64,000 nucleotides of DNA, taken from NCBI GenBank assembly GCA_965222225.1, contig CBDCTK010000002.1, forward strand, positions 960,001 through 1,024,000. Direction: 5' to 3'. Positions 52,304-63,057 of the stretch are shown here, piece after piece. Every line of letters begins with the position of its first letter. Position 1 is the stretch's first letter. The notes under the pieces were generated by a model. It saw only the letters and a list, made by a program, of their open reading frames with translations, was not told the DNA's origin and searched no databases. The translations under genes and the position numbers were made by a program. The stretch comes from Candidatus Poribacteria bacterium (GTDB lineage: Bacteria > Poribacteria > WGA-4E > JAJDTR01).

Positions 52304-52675
52304 GTGGCATTAACAGTAATTCGAACAGCACGTCCAAGTCCCGAGTGGCAGGAATCATACGTTCGTATCAAAAAGGGACAGCGACTCGTCATTGATACAG
52401 AGGGAGCATGGTCGCCCGATTTGGGAAACCGCGTCGGGTGGTGCGGAGGAGAGGGAGTTGCAAATACCCCCGGCGGGGAGGGTTATCTTTTTCCCGGGGC
52501 GAATGTTGGTGCCCTTCTCGCCAAAATTGACGATGTCGTTTTTGCGGTGGGTTCACGATATGATAATCCTGCCCCCGCCGATGGGGTAATCTTCCTTGCA
52601 ATGAACGAAAATCCGGAAAATAACAACCAAGCAGGGGCATTGATGACGCAAATCATCGCCTTTGGCGACGATTGA
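52304..52675 (+). CDS. LecA/PA-IL-like lectin-fold protein
   Basis: 123 aa; GALLAKID, IFLAMNE and NNQAG parallel LecA GALVMKIG, ITLIYND and NNSG. Confidence 0.5.
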   Translation: MALTVIRTARPSPEWQESYVRIKKGQRLVIDTEGAWSPDLGNRVGWCGGEGVANTPGGEGYLFPGANVGALLAKIDDVVFAVGSRYDNPAPADGVIFLAMNENPENNNQAGALMTQIIAFGDD

Positions 52676-52836
52676 GCGCTCAAAAAATAGTTGAAAACTT
52701 TTTTCACGAAACTAGACCTGCCAAGATTTCAATTTGGTTGGAGGCTAATCTGATGTGCGAGTTGCCGCCGATTCGCGGTACGACGTATTCAAGGTATCCC
52801 GCTACCCGCGCATAACTGTCCAAAAAAGAGAAGACT

Positions 52837-53100
52837 ATGGCAGAAAAAGTGCCTCCACAGAGAGACGAGTCACAACTGCAACCAGCCAATTTAACTACTC
52901 TGATTTCCGAGTTTGCACTGGCGGCTTCTGCCCATTTGGGACAATTGCGGGCCTTTGAGACAGATGATATGACAATCGAATTGCTCAAGGAGAAGACGCA
53001 AGGCAATCTTGCCAATCCCGAGGGGGAATTCCTAGAGGGCACGCAGTATAATCTCAGGATGAACTATGTCCGCGCAGCACAAAATCCCCATTTGGCATAA
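52837..53100 (+). CDS. DUF1844-like protein, possibly with a short internal deletion
   Basis: AHLGQ...LKEKTQGNL...YNLRMNYV. Confidence 0.7.
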   Translation: MAEKVPPQRDESQLQPANLTTLISEFALAASAHLGQLRAFETDDMTIELLKEKTQGNLANPEGEFLEGTQYNLRMNYVRAAQNPHLA

Positions 53101-53224
53101 CAACCGGGCGTATCGGAAAAGAAAACCTAAGATACCGCCTCGAACACCACGCCCGTCGGGGATTGCTGACGTCCGTCAGTTTTTCCAATTGCCTTTGACC
53201 CCTTCGTATCTTTCACATATCCCC

Positions 53225-54652
53225 TTAGCGTTCCCCACAATCTCCTTTTGACCTGGAAGTGACCCGGCGGCAACCCTCTGGTGTCTGAATCTCGGATTCG
53301 ACTCTTGAAAGTAAACTATGTGCCATCAGGTATGCGGAAAACCCGATAAGCACGTGTCCTATAGCCATTCCTATAAGGAGCCCTCTGAGTCCACTTAATT
53401 TGGATCCCAAATAGGCTAATGGCAGCACGAACACGAAAAGATGAAGCAGGCTGACAAATGAAGCTCGTAATGGTTTGTTCAAGGCATTAAACGCTGAATT
53501 AACCAACCACGAAATTCCGAGGCAACCGTAGCTGATAGGGAGAATCATTAGGAAGAGAACGGCAGATTTAATTACTACGGGGTCGTCATTAAAAATGGGT
53601 GCGATAGCCTCCGCAAACGAGAACAGAATCACAAAGATCATAATTCCCCACCCCAGAGAGAATCTCAAGCCAAATCAAAGTGCTTCGCGAATCCGATCAC
53701 AGTTCCCTGCACCGTAGTTTTGACCGACAAAGGGCGAAATCGCTATTGATAAAGCGGCGACACCAATCAATGCGAGTGATTCGATTCGACTGCCGACTCC
53801 AAAAGCGGCAACCGATTCCTCCCCATATTGGACAACCATTCTTGTCAAGACCGCCATTGAAAGCGGCTCAAGTATATTTGTTCCCGCCGCAGGGAGACTG
53901 ATGCGAAGAATCTGCTTCCACGATTCAAGGCTCCGCTTTGCTGCGAATAGAGGGAGTCCAATCATCCTCTCACGCTTCCCCAAAATCCAGATTGTCGCAG
54001 CAAATGTCAGGCTCCAGGAGAGCACACTGGCTAATGCTGCGCCTCAAAGTTCGAGTCGTGGAAAAGGACCGATGCCAAATATAAGAAATGGATCCAGCAC
54101 GATGTTCGCTAGTCCGGCGATCGCCATAATTACCGCCGGGGATTTGGTATCCCCCGTCGCACGGATGGCGCCGTTACTGACGATTGGAATACCGAGTAAT
54201 CCTACGCCTAGAAACCACGGTATCATATAGTCTGAAATCAGTCCAAGCGTTTCGTCGTCAGCGCCCATTAGGGAAAAAATGCGACGTAAATTCGTCAACC
54301 CAATCATGGCAAAAAGCGTAACGATGAGAACCGATAGACCGACTACGTCAGTCGTAAGCCTTCGAACCCTATCCTGCTTGTCCTTCGCCAATGGCTCGGG
54401 AAATGGTCGACGATGCCCCATGCTGAATCCCACAGCCACACTCATCACGATATAAGTAACCGGAAATGTGAAGCCCATTGCTGCTAACGGTTTGGCGCCT
54501 AATTGCCCAACGTAGAATGTATCAACGATATTGAAAAGGAAAATTGTCACGAGACCGAACCCCATAGGGATGGCAAGTGAGACAAGGGTTTTGCCCACCG
54601 AACCTTTGAGAAGCCGCGCACTCTTCAATTTTTGAATTTTATCCGAGTCCAT
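53225..54652 (-). pseudogene. MATE efflux transporter with several frameshifts
   Basis: NIVDTFYVGQLG, RATGDTKSP, LDPFLIFG, VGQNYGA over three ORFs; compensated shift near 54385-54420. Confidence 0.88.
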
Positions 54653-56087
54653 AAGTCTTCCAACGGTTAGTTACCAAGTCTTTGGTCTCTTGCGACATCT
54701 CAATTTCCTCGGGCCATTCGCGCTGATAGCCTTCCTCGCGCCACTTCGTCGTTGCGTCAATGCCCATTTTGGATCCCGCGCCGATTAGTGGAGCGGCATG
54801 GTCCAACACATCAACAGGGCCTTCGACAATGGTCACATCCCGCTTTGCATCCACATTACTCCCAACGTAAAAGAATACCTCCTCCACATTTTGCACATCG
54901 ACATGCTTATCAACCACAATAACCGTCTTACTGAACATGAGTTGTCCAAGACCCCAAATGCTATGCATAATCTTCTTGGCGTGGAATGGGTAACGCTTAT
55001 CAATTGAAATAAGGCAAAAATTATGAAACACACCAAAAAGCGGAAGATTCATGTCTACCACCTCCGGTAGTTGGGTCCGAATCAAGGGCAGAAAAATACG
55101 CTCGGTTGCCTTCCCCATATAGCAATCCTCCATCGGTGGTTTGCCAACGATAATCGTCTGATAGATAGAGTTCTTCCGATGAGTGATGGCAGTAAGGTGG
55201 AAAACGGGATATTCATCCGCAAGTGAATAGAAGCCGGTATGATCTCCGAATGGACCTTCGACACAGGTTTCATCGGGCTCAATATATCCCTCAAGAATAA
55301 TATCAGCATCAGCAGGCACACTCATGTCAATGGTTTTACACTGAACCATCGGCACATTCGATTTTCGGAGGAAACCTGCAAACAGGAGCTCATCAATCCC
55401 CGTTGGCAGCGGAGCAGTTCCAATGTATGACATCACGGGATCCCCGCCGATGGCAACTGCAACCGGCATTCGCTCGCCCGCTTCACGGTATTCACGGTAA
55501 TGTGCGGCACCATCGTGATGGATTTGCCAGTGCATCGCGAGCGTTCGATCGTCAAGCCTTTGTAGACGGTATGTTCCGACGTTGCGCCGTCCCGTCTTCA
55601 GACTGTGCGTGAAAACCTGCGGAAGCGTGATGTACTTATCCGCATCAAAGGGCCAACATTTAATAATTGGCAAGGCAGCTAACGACACCTGATTGTCCGT
55701 TAATACAACCTCCTGACACGCCCCACGTTTAACGGTCTTGGGCGGAAAGTTAGCCAGTTTGGCGAGAACACCAAGGATTTTTACCTTGTCTAGAAGTGAC
55801 TCCGGGGGACCCAGTTTAATCATGCCCTCAATTTCATCGGCGACTTCGTCTAGCGTCTCTACTCCGAGCGCCATCGCCATCCGCGGATAAGATCCGAAAG
55901 CGTTTATTAGGAGTGGCATCACGCTCCCCTCCACATTCTCAAACAGCAACGCCGGTCCCCCTGTTTTGCTCACTCTATCGGTAATCTCCGCGATTTCAAG
56001 GTCGGGCGACACATTGGCTTTTATTCGTTTCAACTCACCAGCATTCTCTAAATCTTTGACAAAATCTCTTAGGCTTGAATATGCCAT
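54639..56087 (-). CDS. UbiD-family decarboxylase (menaquinone-pathway type)
   Basis: RNVGTYRLQ, EGPFGDHTGFY, GKPPMED, KMGIDAT. Confidence 0.9.
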   Translation of the reverse strand: MAYSSLRDFVKDLENAGELKRIKANVSPDLEIAEITDRVSKTGGPALLFENVEGSVMPLLINAFGSYPRMAMALGVETLDEVADEIEGMIKLGPPESLLDKVKILGVLAKLANFPPKTVKRGACQEVVLTDNQVSLAALPIIKCWPFDADKYITLPQVFTHSLKTGRRNVGTYRLQRLDDRTLAMHWQIHHDGAAHYREYREAGERMPVAVAIGGDPVMSYIGTAPLPTGIDELLFAGFLRKSNVPMVQCKTIDMSVPADADIILEGYIEPDETCVEGPFGDHTGFYSLADEYPVFHLTAITHRKNSIYQTIIVGKPPMEDCYMGKATERIFLPLIRTQLPEVVDMNLPLFGVFHNFCLISIDKRYPFHAKKIMHSIWGLGQLMFSKTVIVVDKHVDVQNVEEVFFYVGSNVDAKRDVTIVEGPVDVLDHAAPLIGAGSKMGIDATTKWREEGYQREWPEEIEMSQETKDLVTNRWKTYGLG

Positions 56088-56470
56088 TTCTTATTGGCCC
56101 TCGCAGTATGGTTTAGGCGATAACGTGCAGGTTTTTAACCTGAATTTGGAGCGATACGAAAACACCCTGAATTTTCCGGCTGAATCCGTTATTCGAAAAA
56201 TCGCAATGATACAAATGTCCGCCTTCCCGTATCAGCTACACGCAGTGACCTGAATACGCGCAGTCGAAGGCAGTTTGTACAGACTGAATTCCACGCTTGG
56301 AACGAAATTGACTGATGCCAGAAAGGTGCGGGAAATGTCGTATGCTACTACCATTTTTATGTAGTTGTAATTCACCTCAAACGTTGAGACATGATATGTT
56401 ACGGAACCCAAAAAGTCAACTACCATGTTGAACTTTCCTACATTCAGCAGCTAAGCATCAGGCAAACGAG

Positions 56471-56499
56471 TTGACGATTCGGTGATTGTGTGCTATTAT
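56471..56499 (+). promoter_or_regulatory. Possible sigma70 promoter
   Basis: TTGACG-17-TATTAT with extended TG. Confidence 0.4.
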
Positions 56500-56583
56500 A
56501 ATTTCGGTGGATTCATCAAAACATCCCACCGTCTATGTATCTCCATATTTTTCTAGTGCGGCGCTCAAGATGCAACAGTATAC

Positions 56584-57234
56584 ATGAATATAAAGACCCA
56601 CTTCAAGAGCACACTTCTAGCAGGTATTCTGACCCTTGTCCCGTTAGGCGTAACGTATTTCGTTTTACGCTTTTTATTTATCACACTCGATGGTTGGCTA
56701 GCGCCAGTTGTTTCACGAATCTTAGGTAAACAGTATGTCACCGGAATGGGGCTATTGGCAACCATTCTGCTTGTCTACCTAACTGGGGTGGTCGTTTCCA
56801 ACATCGTTGGAAGGAAATTGGTTGGTCTGGGCGAGCGAGTTCTTACTCGAATCCCGCTGGTGCGAGATGTGTATGCACCAGTTAGGCAGCTTGTGCAGAT
56901 GGTCTTGGGGCCAGAGCACTCAAACAAATTTAAGCGGGTCGTCGCTATTGAATCGCCAAATGGCAGCATGAGGGTCATTGGATTTGTCACCGGTCAGATG
57001 TATGAGGAGGGAAATCCTGATCCCCTCACCTCGGTTTTTGTTCCGACTAGTCCAAACCCCACAACTGGGGTGTTACTTTTCTGCAATTCGGATATCTTGT
57101 GTGAAACGAACCTGAAGCCCGAAACTGCGATGAAAATGCTGGTTTCGGGCGGAGTTGTTGCCCCAGATCGCTTTACTATTTACCGGATGTTTCACGAGAA
57201 TCAACGAGACTCGGAGAGTAAACCCGAGCTGTAA
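56584..57234 (+). CDS. DUF502 membrane protein
   Basis: RIPLVRDVY, VFVPTSPNPTTG. Confidence 0.9.
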   Translation: MNIKTHFKSTLLAGILTLVPLGVTYFVLRFLFITLDGWLAPVVSRILGKQYVTGMGLLATILLVYLTGVVVSNIVGRKLVGLGERVLTRIPLVRDVYAPVRQLVQMVLGPEHSNKFKRVVAIESPNGSMRVIGFVTGQMYEEGNPDPLTSVFVPTSPNPTTGVLLFCNSDILCETNLKPETAMKMLVSGGVVAPDRFTIYRMFHENQRDSESKPEL

Positions 57235-57271
57235 TTATCGTAGATGGTAAACCGATGGAGCAAATCTTACT

Positions 57272-58266
57272 ATGCGTGAAAGGCTATGCGGGATTCCTAT
57301 CTCTGTTGTCATCTTCTTCCTGACTCTAGGTTATTGGAATCATGTTAACGCTGATCCAATTAGGGTTGGATTAGTTTATGATACAGGGGGGCGTGGTGAT
57401 TTATCTTTTTGTGACGCCTCCTATGCCGGTGCGACAAAAGCCGCCGATCAGTGGAAAATTGAGCTTAAAGAGATTACTCCCGGACAAAGCACCGACATTG
57501 AGCGGGTTTTAAGACAACTTGCGCGACTGAAATACGATCTCATAATTGGCGTAGGTTTCCTGTTCCAAGACCCCATGTCCCGAGTGGCGCCGGACTTTCC
57601 TAACATTAATTTTGCAATCGTTGATGCAGAAGCGAACGGTTCGAACATTGTATCGTTGATTTTCAAAGCTCATGAGGGAACCTACCTCGTCGGCGCAATC
57701 GCTGCGCTGAAGACTAAGACGAACAAGATTGGCTTTGTCGGAGGAATGAATGTTCCGCTCTTGCACAGCTTTGAGGCAGGCTACCGTGCAGGTGCGAATG
57801 CGATACGCCCTAAGATTGAAGTCATGGTCGATTACGCCGGGGTAACACCGCAAGCTTTCAGCGATCCTGCGAGAGGGAAAGAGCTTGCACTTGCTCAATA
57901 CAACAAGGGGGCTGACGTGATCCTTGCAGCAGCAGGCGCGACTAGTTTGGGAATACTCGAGGCAGCCAAAGAAAAAATAAATTCATTATCTGGGTGGACG
58001 CTAACGGGAATCATCTCGCCCGAGGACTCGTTCTAACAAGCATGATTAAGGGAGTTGAACTTTCCGTTTACCAAACCATTCAGAGCGTCGTAGAAGATAA
58101 TTTTACGGGCGGTACAAAGATTTATGGACTTAAGGAGGGTGGAATTCAGTACATCGTCGACAAAGACAGCCGCAGTCTCCTGTCCGAAGATTTGCTGAGT
58201 CGAGTTGAGGATCTCAAAACCAAGATTATCGTCGGCGATATAATCGTTCCATCGGAAAGAAAATAA
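57272..58266 (+). pseudogene. BMP-family ABC substrate-binding protein, frameshift at A6 run (57972-57977)
   Basis: GGRGDLSF, IGFVGG, GADVILAAAG; one extra A restores KNKFIIWVDAN...LTSMIK. Confidence 0.85.
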
Positions 58267-58348
58267 GCCGAAACCTATCTGCAAAGCTACACGCTCTTAT
58301 AGTTCCCCTTCCGAAGCTGCCTTCCCCCGCGTTGAAGGATTTGCATCA

Positions 58349-59950
58349 ATGAACCCCACTCCATTGATTTCCATGTGCGGCATCACGAAACGGTTTGGAA
58401 CCACCGTAGCGAATGACCGGGCAGACTTTTCTCTGCAATGCGGGGAAATTCACGCAATCGTCGGTGAAAATGGGGCGGGCAAATCGACATTGATGAAAGT
58501 CCTTTATGGACTCCACCAGCCAAATGCGGGTACAATATTCTTTCGTAGTGTTCCTATCCGAATTGAGAATCCTCGAACTGCGATTCGACTGGGGATAGGA
58601 ATGGTGCAGCAACATTTCACACTCATCCCCGCTCTCACCGTGCTTGACAACATCTCTCTAGGAAAAGAGCCACGCAGGCATAAATTCCTTTCTGACCATG
58701 TTCAAGCTCGTCGCACGATAACTTCGATTGCTCAAAAACTTGGGTTCAACCTAGACCTTGATACCACGATTGAATCCCTTCCGGTTGCCATCCAACAGTA
58801 CAGTGAAATTGTCAAGACCCTCTACCACGGTGCCGACATTCTAATCCTTGATGAACCAACAGCCGTCCTTGCACCGCAAGAGGTATCCCGCTTATTCGGT
58901 TGTCTCCGCGGCTTGAAGAATGAGGGTAAGAGCGTTGTCTTAATTACCCATAAGCTTCAAGAGGTGATGGCGATTGCAGATTCCATCACAGTCATGCGCC
59001 GCGGACAATCAATTGCTTCGTTCTCCAAATCTGAAACCGACCTTGTTCAATTGTCAGAATTGATGATTGGCGAACAAGTGTCGCCAACCGCTCCTAGAGG
59101 ACGCCCTGCAGTGGTAGGGGGAAAAAACCGTGCCGCCGAGCCTCGAGCTGCCAAAAGGGACAAGCGGATGGTCCATCCAACCGCTCCGGTTCTGCGCTTA
59201 AAGGATGTCACGCTCCGTGCAGAAAACAATCGCTATCTGCTCAATCGAGTAACACTTGAAGTTTTCGGCGGGGAAATCGTAGGAATCGCCGGGGTTGAAG
59301 GAAACGGACAGAACGAACTCGTTGAGGTTCTAACTGGGTTACGTGAGATTGACGGTGGCCAAATGACGTTGAGTGGAAAATTAATTACGAACAGATCCGT
59401 AAAGGAGATTCGTGGGCTACGCCTGGCATACCTTGCAGCAGATCGTCACCGCTACGGGGTCAATCTAATGGGCCCAATAGACGAAAACTTAATCATCGGA
59501 CGCCACAACCAACCGCCCTTTTCTAGTCGCGGTCTACTTCAACCGACCGCGATTCGACATTTCGCGAGGGAAGCAATTCAGAAATACAGAATTCTCACCA
59601 CAGGAATTGATTCTCCAATTCATACTCTTTCCGGTGGAAATCAGCAGAAAATCGTCGTTGCTCGTGAGTTGGAAGGCAACCCGGAGTTTATCATCGCAGC
59701 ACATCCGACACGAGGACTGGACTTAAAGGCGACTGGATTTGTACATGAACAACTTCTTCGCGCGCGCAATTACGGGAAAAGCGTACTCTTGATCTCTCCG
59801 GACTTGGAAGAACTTTTGAGTCTGAGCGATCGAATTGCAGTGATGTTCAATGGTCAAATTGTCGACATTGTTGAGACTTCACAGACTCGTGAAACAGAAC
59901 TTGGTGCGCTAATGTTGGGTGCGGAATCGCCTGATGCCGAGACAAATTAA
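58349..59950 (+). CDS. ABC transporter ATP-binding protein (sugar/nucleoside type, tandem domains)
   Basis: GENGAGKST, ILDEPT, LSGGNQQK. Confidence 0.93.
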   Translation: MNPTPLISMCGITKRFGTTVANDRADFSLQCGEIHAIVGENGAGKSTLMKVLYGLHQPNAGTIFFRSVPIRIENPRTAIRLGIGMVQQHFTLIPALTVLDNISLGKEPRRHKFLSDHVQARRTITSIAQKLGFNLDLDTTIESLPVAIQQYSEIVKTLYHGADILILDEPTAVLAPQEVSRLFGCLRGLKNEGKSVVLITHKLQEVMAIADSITVMRRGQSIASFSKSETDLVQLSELMIGEQVSPTAPRGRPAVVGGKNRAAEPRAAKRDKRMVHPTAPVLRLKDVTLRAENNRYLLNRVTLEVFGGEIVGIAGVEGNGQNELVEVLTGLREIDGGQMTLSGKLITNRSVKEIRGLRLAYLAADRHRYGVNLMGPIDENLIIGRHNQPPFSSRGLLQPTAIRHFAREAIQKYRILTTGIDSPIHTLSGGNQQKIVVARELEGNPEFIIAAHPTRGLDLKATGFVHEQLLRARNYGKSVLLISPDLEELLSLSDRIAVMFNGQIVDIVETSQTRETELGALMLGAESPDAETN

Positions 59951-60116
59951 CTCTATCACAACTATTGTACCGCCCAATGTTCAGACAATGCGGGTAAGGA
60001 GAGTGGCGTGCAGATAATGAACAGGACGTTCAGAAATCACACAATTCGCGAGTGTGAATCAGGTAAGAATCATGGGAATTGCCTGAATTAGCACCATTTC
60101 TACTTGGAATCGGTTT

Positions 60117-60132
60117 TGGCATAACGTTTGCA
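60117..60132 (+). promoter_or_regulatory. sigma54-type -24/-12 promoter
   Basis: TGGCATAACGTTTGCA with exact GG-N10-GC spacing. Confidence 0.5.
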
Positions 60133-60167
60133 CGTTATTCCGAGTGGACTAGCGCGCGAAGATTTCG

Positions 60168-60360
60168 GAGAAACATGAGGAAGTGGCGTTAGGCTCCCTC
60201 ATAGCCGTTGGCATCTTCGGAATTATCGCTTAATCGAGCTATGGCGTTACCGTCATCCCAAGAGGAATTGCGACGGCAGTGTTGATACTCTCAATTGTCG
60301 TCTGGGGATTGATGATTTGGATAGCAAATTTGGAGGAAGATATGTCATTCGGAGATTCGA
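60168..60360 (+). pseudogene. Remnant of a small membrane protein (DUF2231-like C-terminus)
   Basis: EKHEEVALGSLIAVGIFG*...LMIWIANL then, shifted, CHSEIR. Confidence 0.4.
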
Positions 60361-60491
60361 TCGGAGGCGATCACGGACTCTCATTGACAGTCAAAATGCA
60401 GACTAAAAGAGCCGACCTGATTGACAAGACCGGGAAGAATTTGCGCTGTTTCAAACTGTAACTGGAAGATTGGGGTGAAGGAGGAAAGCTT

Positions 60492-62627
60492 ATGTTTAAT
60501 CTGCGTCCTAGTTCGGCCGTCCTGGCTGCCATCTATATCTTGACTCAATTATCGCTGGTTTTCCTAGACCGTGCGGTTGCGGAGGATGATTCTGATAGAA
60601 TTTATCAACTTGAAGAAACTCTTGTCACTGCGGAGCGGATGGAAAACCCGCTTTTTAAATCTACGGCTGCCGTGTCCGTGCGTACTTCCAGCGAAATGGA
60701 GTTGCTTCCACTCAAGAACCTCGCCGATGCGCTGGAAACCTTGCCAGGGATTTCTTTTGTGAATAGGGATGGGCTCGGACGCGATCCGTTGCCAACGCTG
60801 CGCGGTTTTTACGGTGGTGGCGAAGCCGAGTATCTGCTTATTATGATAGATGGAAGACCAATCAATGAGCTTGAGAAAGGGTTGATGAACTGGAATGCCG
60901 TTCCGCTTTCAAGTATTAGGTCAATTGAATTTCTGCGCGGAGGCGCGTCTTCGCTGTACGGGGATTCTGCGATCGGTGGGGTTGTCAACGTTGTCACCTC
61001 TGGCGAGCATACACCCTTGACTCAGCTTTCGACAGCTGGTGGAAACTTTGGATCGCTTGGTGTCCAGGCGCGAACAAGCGGTCTTTGGAACGGTGGTGAG
61101 TATGTGGCATTCGGGTCGGCGGAACGGAACACCGGGTTCCGAGAACATGCTGAACGCGCGGCCGAAAACTTTGGCGGCTCCTTCACGCTGTTTCAAACGC
61201 CTAACGGATCGCTTTCCGTTTCAACGACTCACCACTTCCAGCAATTTGATGAGCCTGGTCCGCTGACTGGCGCTGAATTAGATGAGTCCCGCTCGCAATC
61301 TTCGCCGTTCTACAAATTTGACCATACCACCGACAAAACGCATCGTGGGGGAATCGAAGGCAATTATAATCTTCATGAGACGGTTAAATTCTCGGGCACG
61401 GTTTCTGCCGAGATTCGCGATTCTAATGCGTTCAGGACACTTCAACTGAGCCCCGAATTTGCTGACACAAAAAATCGTTTACTTACCGCCTCACGCCTCA
61501 CGAGTTCGTTACAACTTACCTTCGACCAACTTGGACTTTCCGTCGAAAACCGTCTCAGTCTTGGCATTGACGCAGGGGTACACTCGCTCTCGTCCGAGTA
61601 TTACCAATTCCTTCTTGGTGGATTGGCTGACTATAGCAACATGGATTCCGTTACGCGGGGAGAGTTGGACGAAAAGGGACATAGCACTCGTCGCTCTGTC
61701 GCTGGGTTCCTTCAATACGAACTCGCACCGATTCAAAGACTGCGTATTATCTTGGGCGTACGTGCTGATATACTTCGAGATCGATTTACCCCCAAGTCAC
61801 CGAGTGGCGGGGAGAGGCAATCAACAATCCACTCGGAGTTCAGTCCAAAAGCGGGAGCGAATTATCGCTATCTCAAAACAGAGAGGCATATCGGAAACCT
61901 GTACACCAACATTTCCCGATCGTTCAAAGCCCCAACACTCGATCAACTCTATGACCAGCGCTCAATTATCTTTCAGATTCCACCGAATCCCCCATTTAAA
62001 GTCCTGCTTTCGAGCAGTGACCTGAATCCCCAGTTCGGGACATCATTTGAGGTGGGAGGTTACCATCGTGCGGTACTCCTCCCCAACCTACTGTTCGGCG
62101 AATTTTCGATCGCGGCATATACGATGGACATGAAGGACGAATTGGATTTTGACCTTCAGCAACTCAAGTACGTAAATATAGGCAAAAGCCGCCATCAGGG
62201 AGTTGAAACCGGTCTCAAGTTTACGATGAAGTCGAATCTGTATGTTTTCCTCAACTACACTCACCAATCCGCTAAATCTCGAACTAGCGAATATGCAGGC
62301 AAATTCCTGAAGGCAATCCCACGCGATGTCATCGTTAGCGGCGTCAATGCCGCACATCAGTCCGGGATCGGTGGGAGCATCGTCATCAAATCTGCAAACC
62401 GCATTTTTCTTGATGATGCCAATACGATGACGTTGCCTAACTATACCATTGTGAATTCTCGGCTAAAATATCAATTGGGTCTAGTTTCCGCTAAATTTGA
62501 CGTATTCAATATCTTCAATCAATCCTACAGTACAACGGGTTACCCCGATACCTCAGGGAGCGGGCAACTCTACTTCTACCCAGCCGCTGGACGACATATG
62601 CTTCTCAGCCTTAACCTTCAGCGGTAG
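60492..62627 (+). CDS. TonB-dependent receptor
   Basis: ETLVTA box, plug domain IEFLRGGASSLYG...GGVVNV, SFKAPT, NIFNQSY. Confidence 0.92.
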   Translation: MFNLRPSSAVLAAIYILTQLSLVFLDRAVAEDDSDRIYQLEETLVTAERMENPLFKSTAAVSVRTSSEMELLPLKNLADALETLPGISFVNRDGLGRDPLPTLRGFYGGGEAEYLLIMIDGRPINELEKGLMNWNAVPLSSIRSIEFLRGGASSLYGDSAIGGVVNVVTSGEHTPLTQLSTAGGNFGSLGVQARTSGLWNGGEYVAFGSAERNTGFREHAERAAENFGGSFTLFQTPNGSLSVSTTHHFQQFDEPGPLTGAELDESRSQSSPFYKFDHTTDKTHRGGIEGNYNLHETVKFSGTVSAEIRDSNAFRTLQLSPEFADTKNRLLTASRLTSSLQLTFDQLGLSVENRLSLGIDAGVHSLSSEYYQFLLGGLADYSNMDSVTRGELDEKGHSTRRSVAGFLQYELAPIQRLRIILGVRADILRDRFTPKSPSGGERQSTIHSEFSPKAGANYRYLKTERHIGNLYTNISRSFKAPTLDQLYDQRSIIFQIPPNPPFKVLLSSSDLNPQFGTSFEVGGYHRAVLLPNLLFGEFSIAAYTMDMKDELDFDLQQLKYVNIGKSRHQGVETGLKFTMKSNLYVFLNYTHQSAKSRTSEYAGKFLKAIPRDVIVSGVNAAHQSGIGGSIVIKSANRIFLDDANTMTLPNYTIVNSRLKYQLGLVSAKFDVFNIFNQSYSTTGYPDTSGSGQLYFYPAAGRHMLLSLNLQR

Positions 62628-63057
62628 AAAAACACATCTAATTCAAGAGGTCCGTACAATTGGTGTGAAGTGATGTGTCGCTTTTCGATTTCCCCGCCCA
62701 TGTATTTCCCTGATAGAGAGGGTGCCGTCCGCAGAGCAAATGTTTCAGGCATTGAGTTGACTCCCCCATCAAGCTATTGTACTATCAACGCTCGTCCGGA
62801 TAATAGATGTAATCACCTGCTAAATCCCACTGTTCCATCTGCTATGCGGTCTTTTGACAAGAGTTAGAATGAGGGTGGGTTCTTGAGACACTTTCAACTC
62901 TGATAGACATGTCAAATTGTAGATGGATCTACCCAAGGCTATAATCGACGTTTCCATTATGTTACACCTTATGATAAAATATCTTAAGTGCGCTTCCCCT
63001 TGAAAATCGATCGGTTTTCAGCCGTAGTTGGTGTATTCAATATGAAGAGGGATTCTC

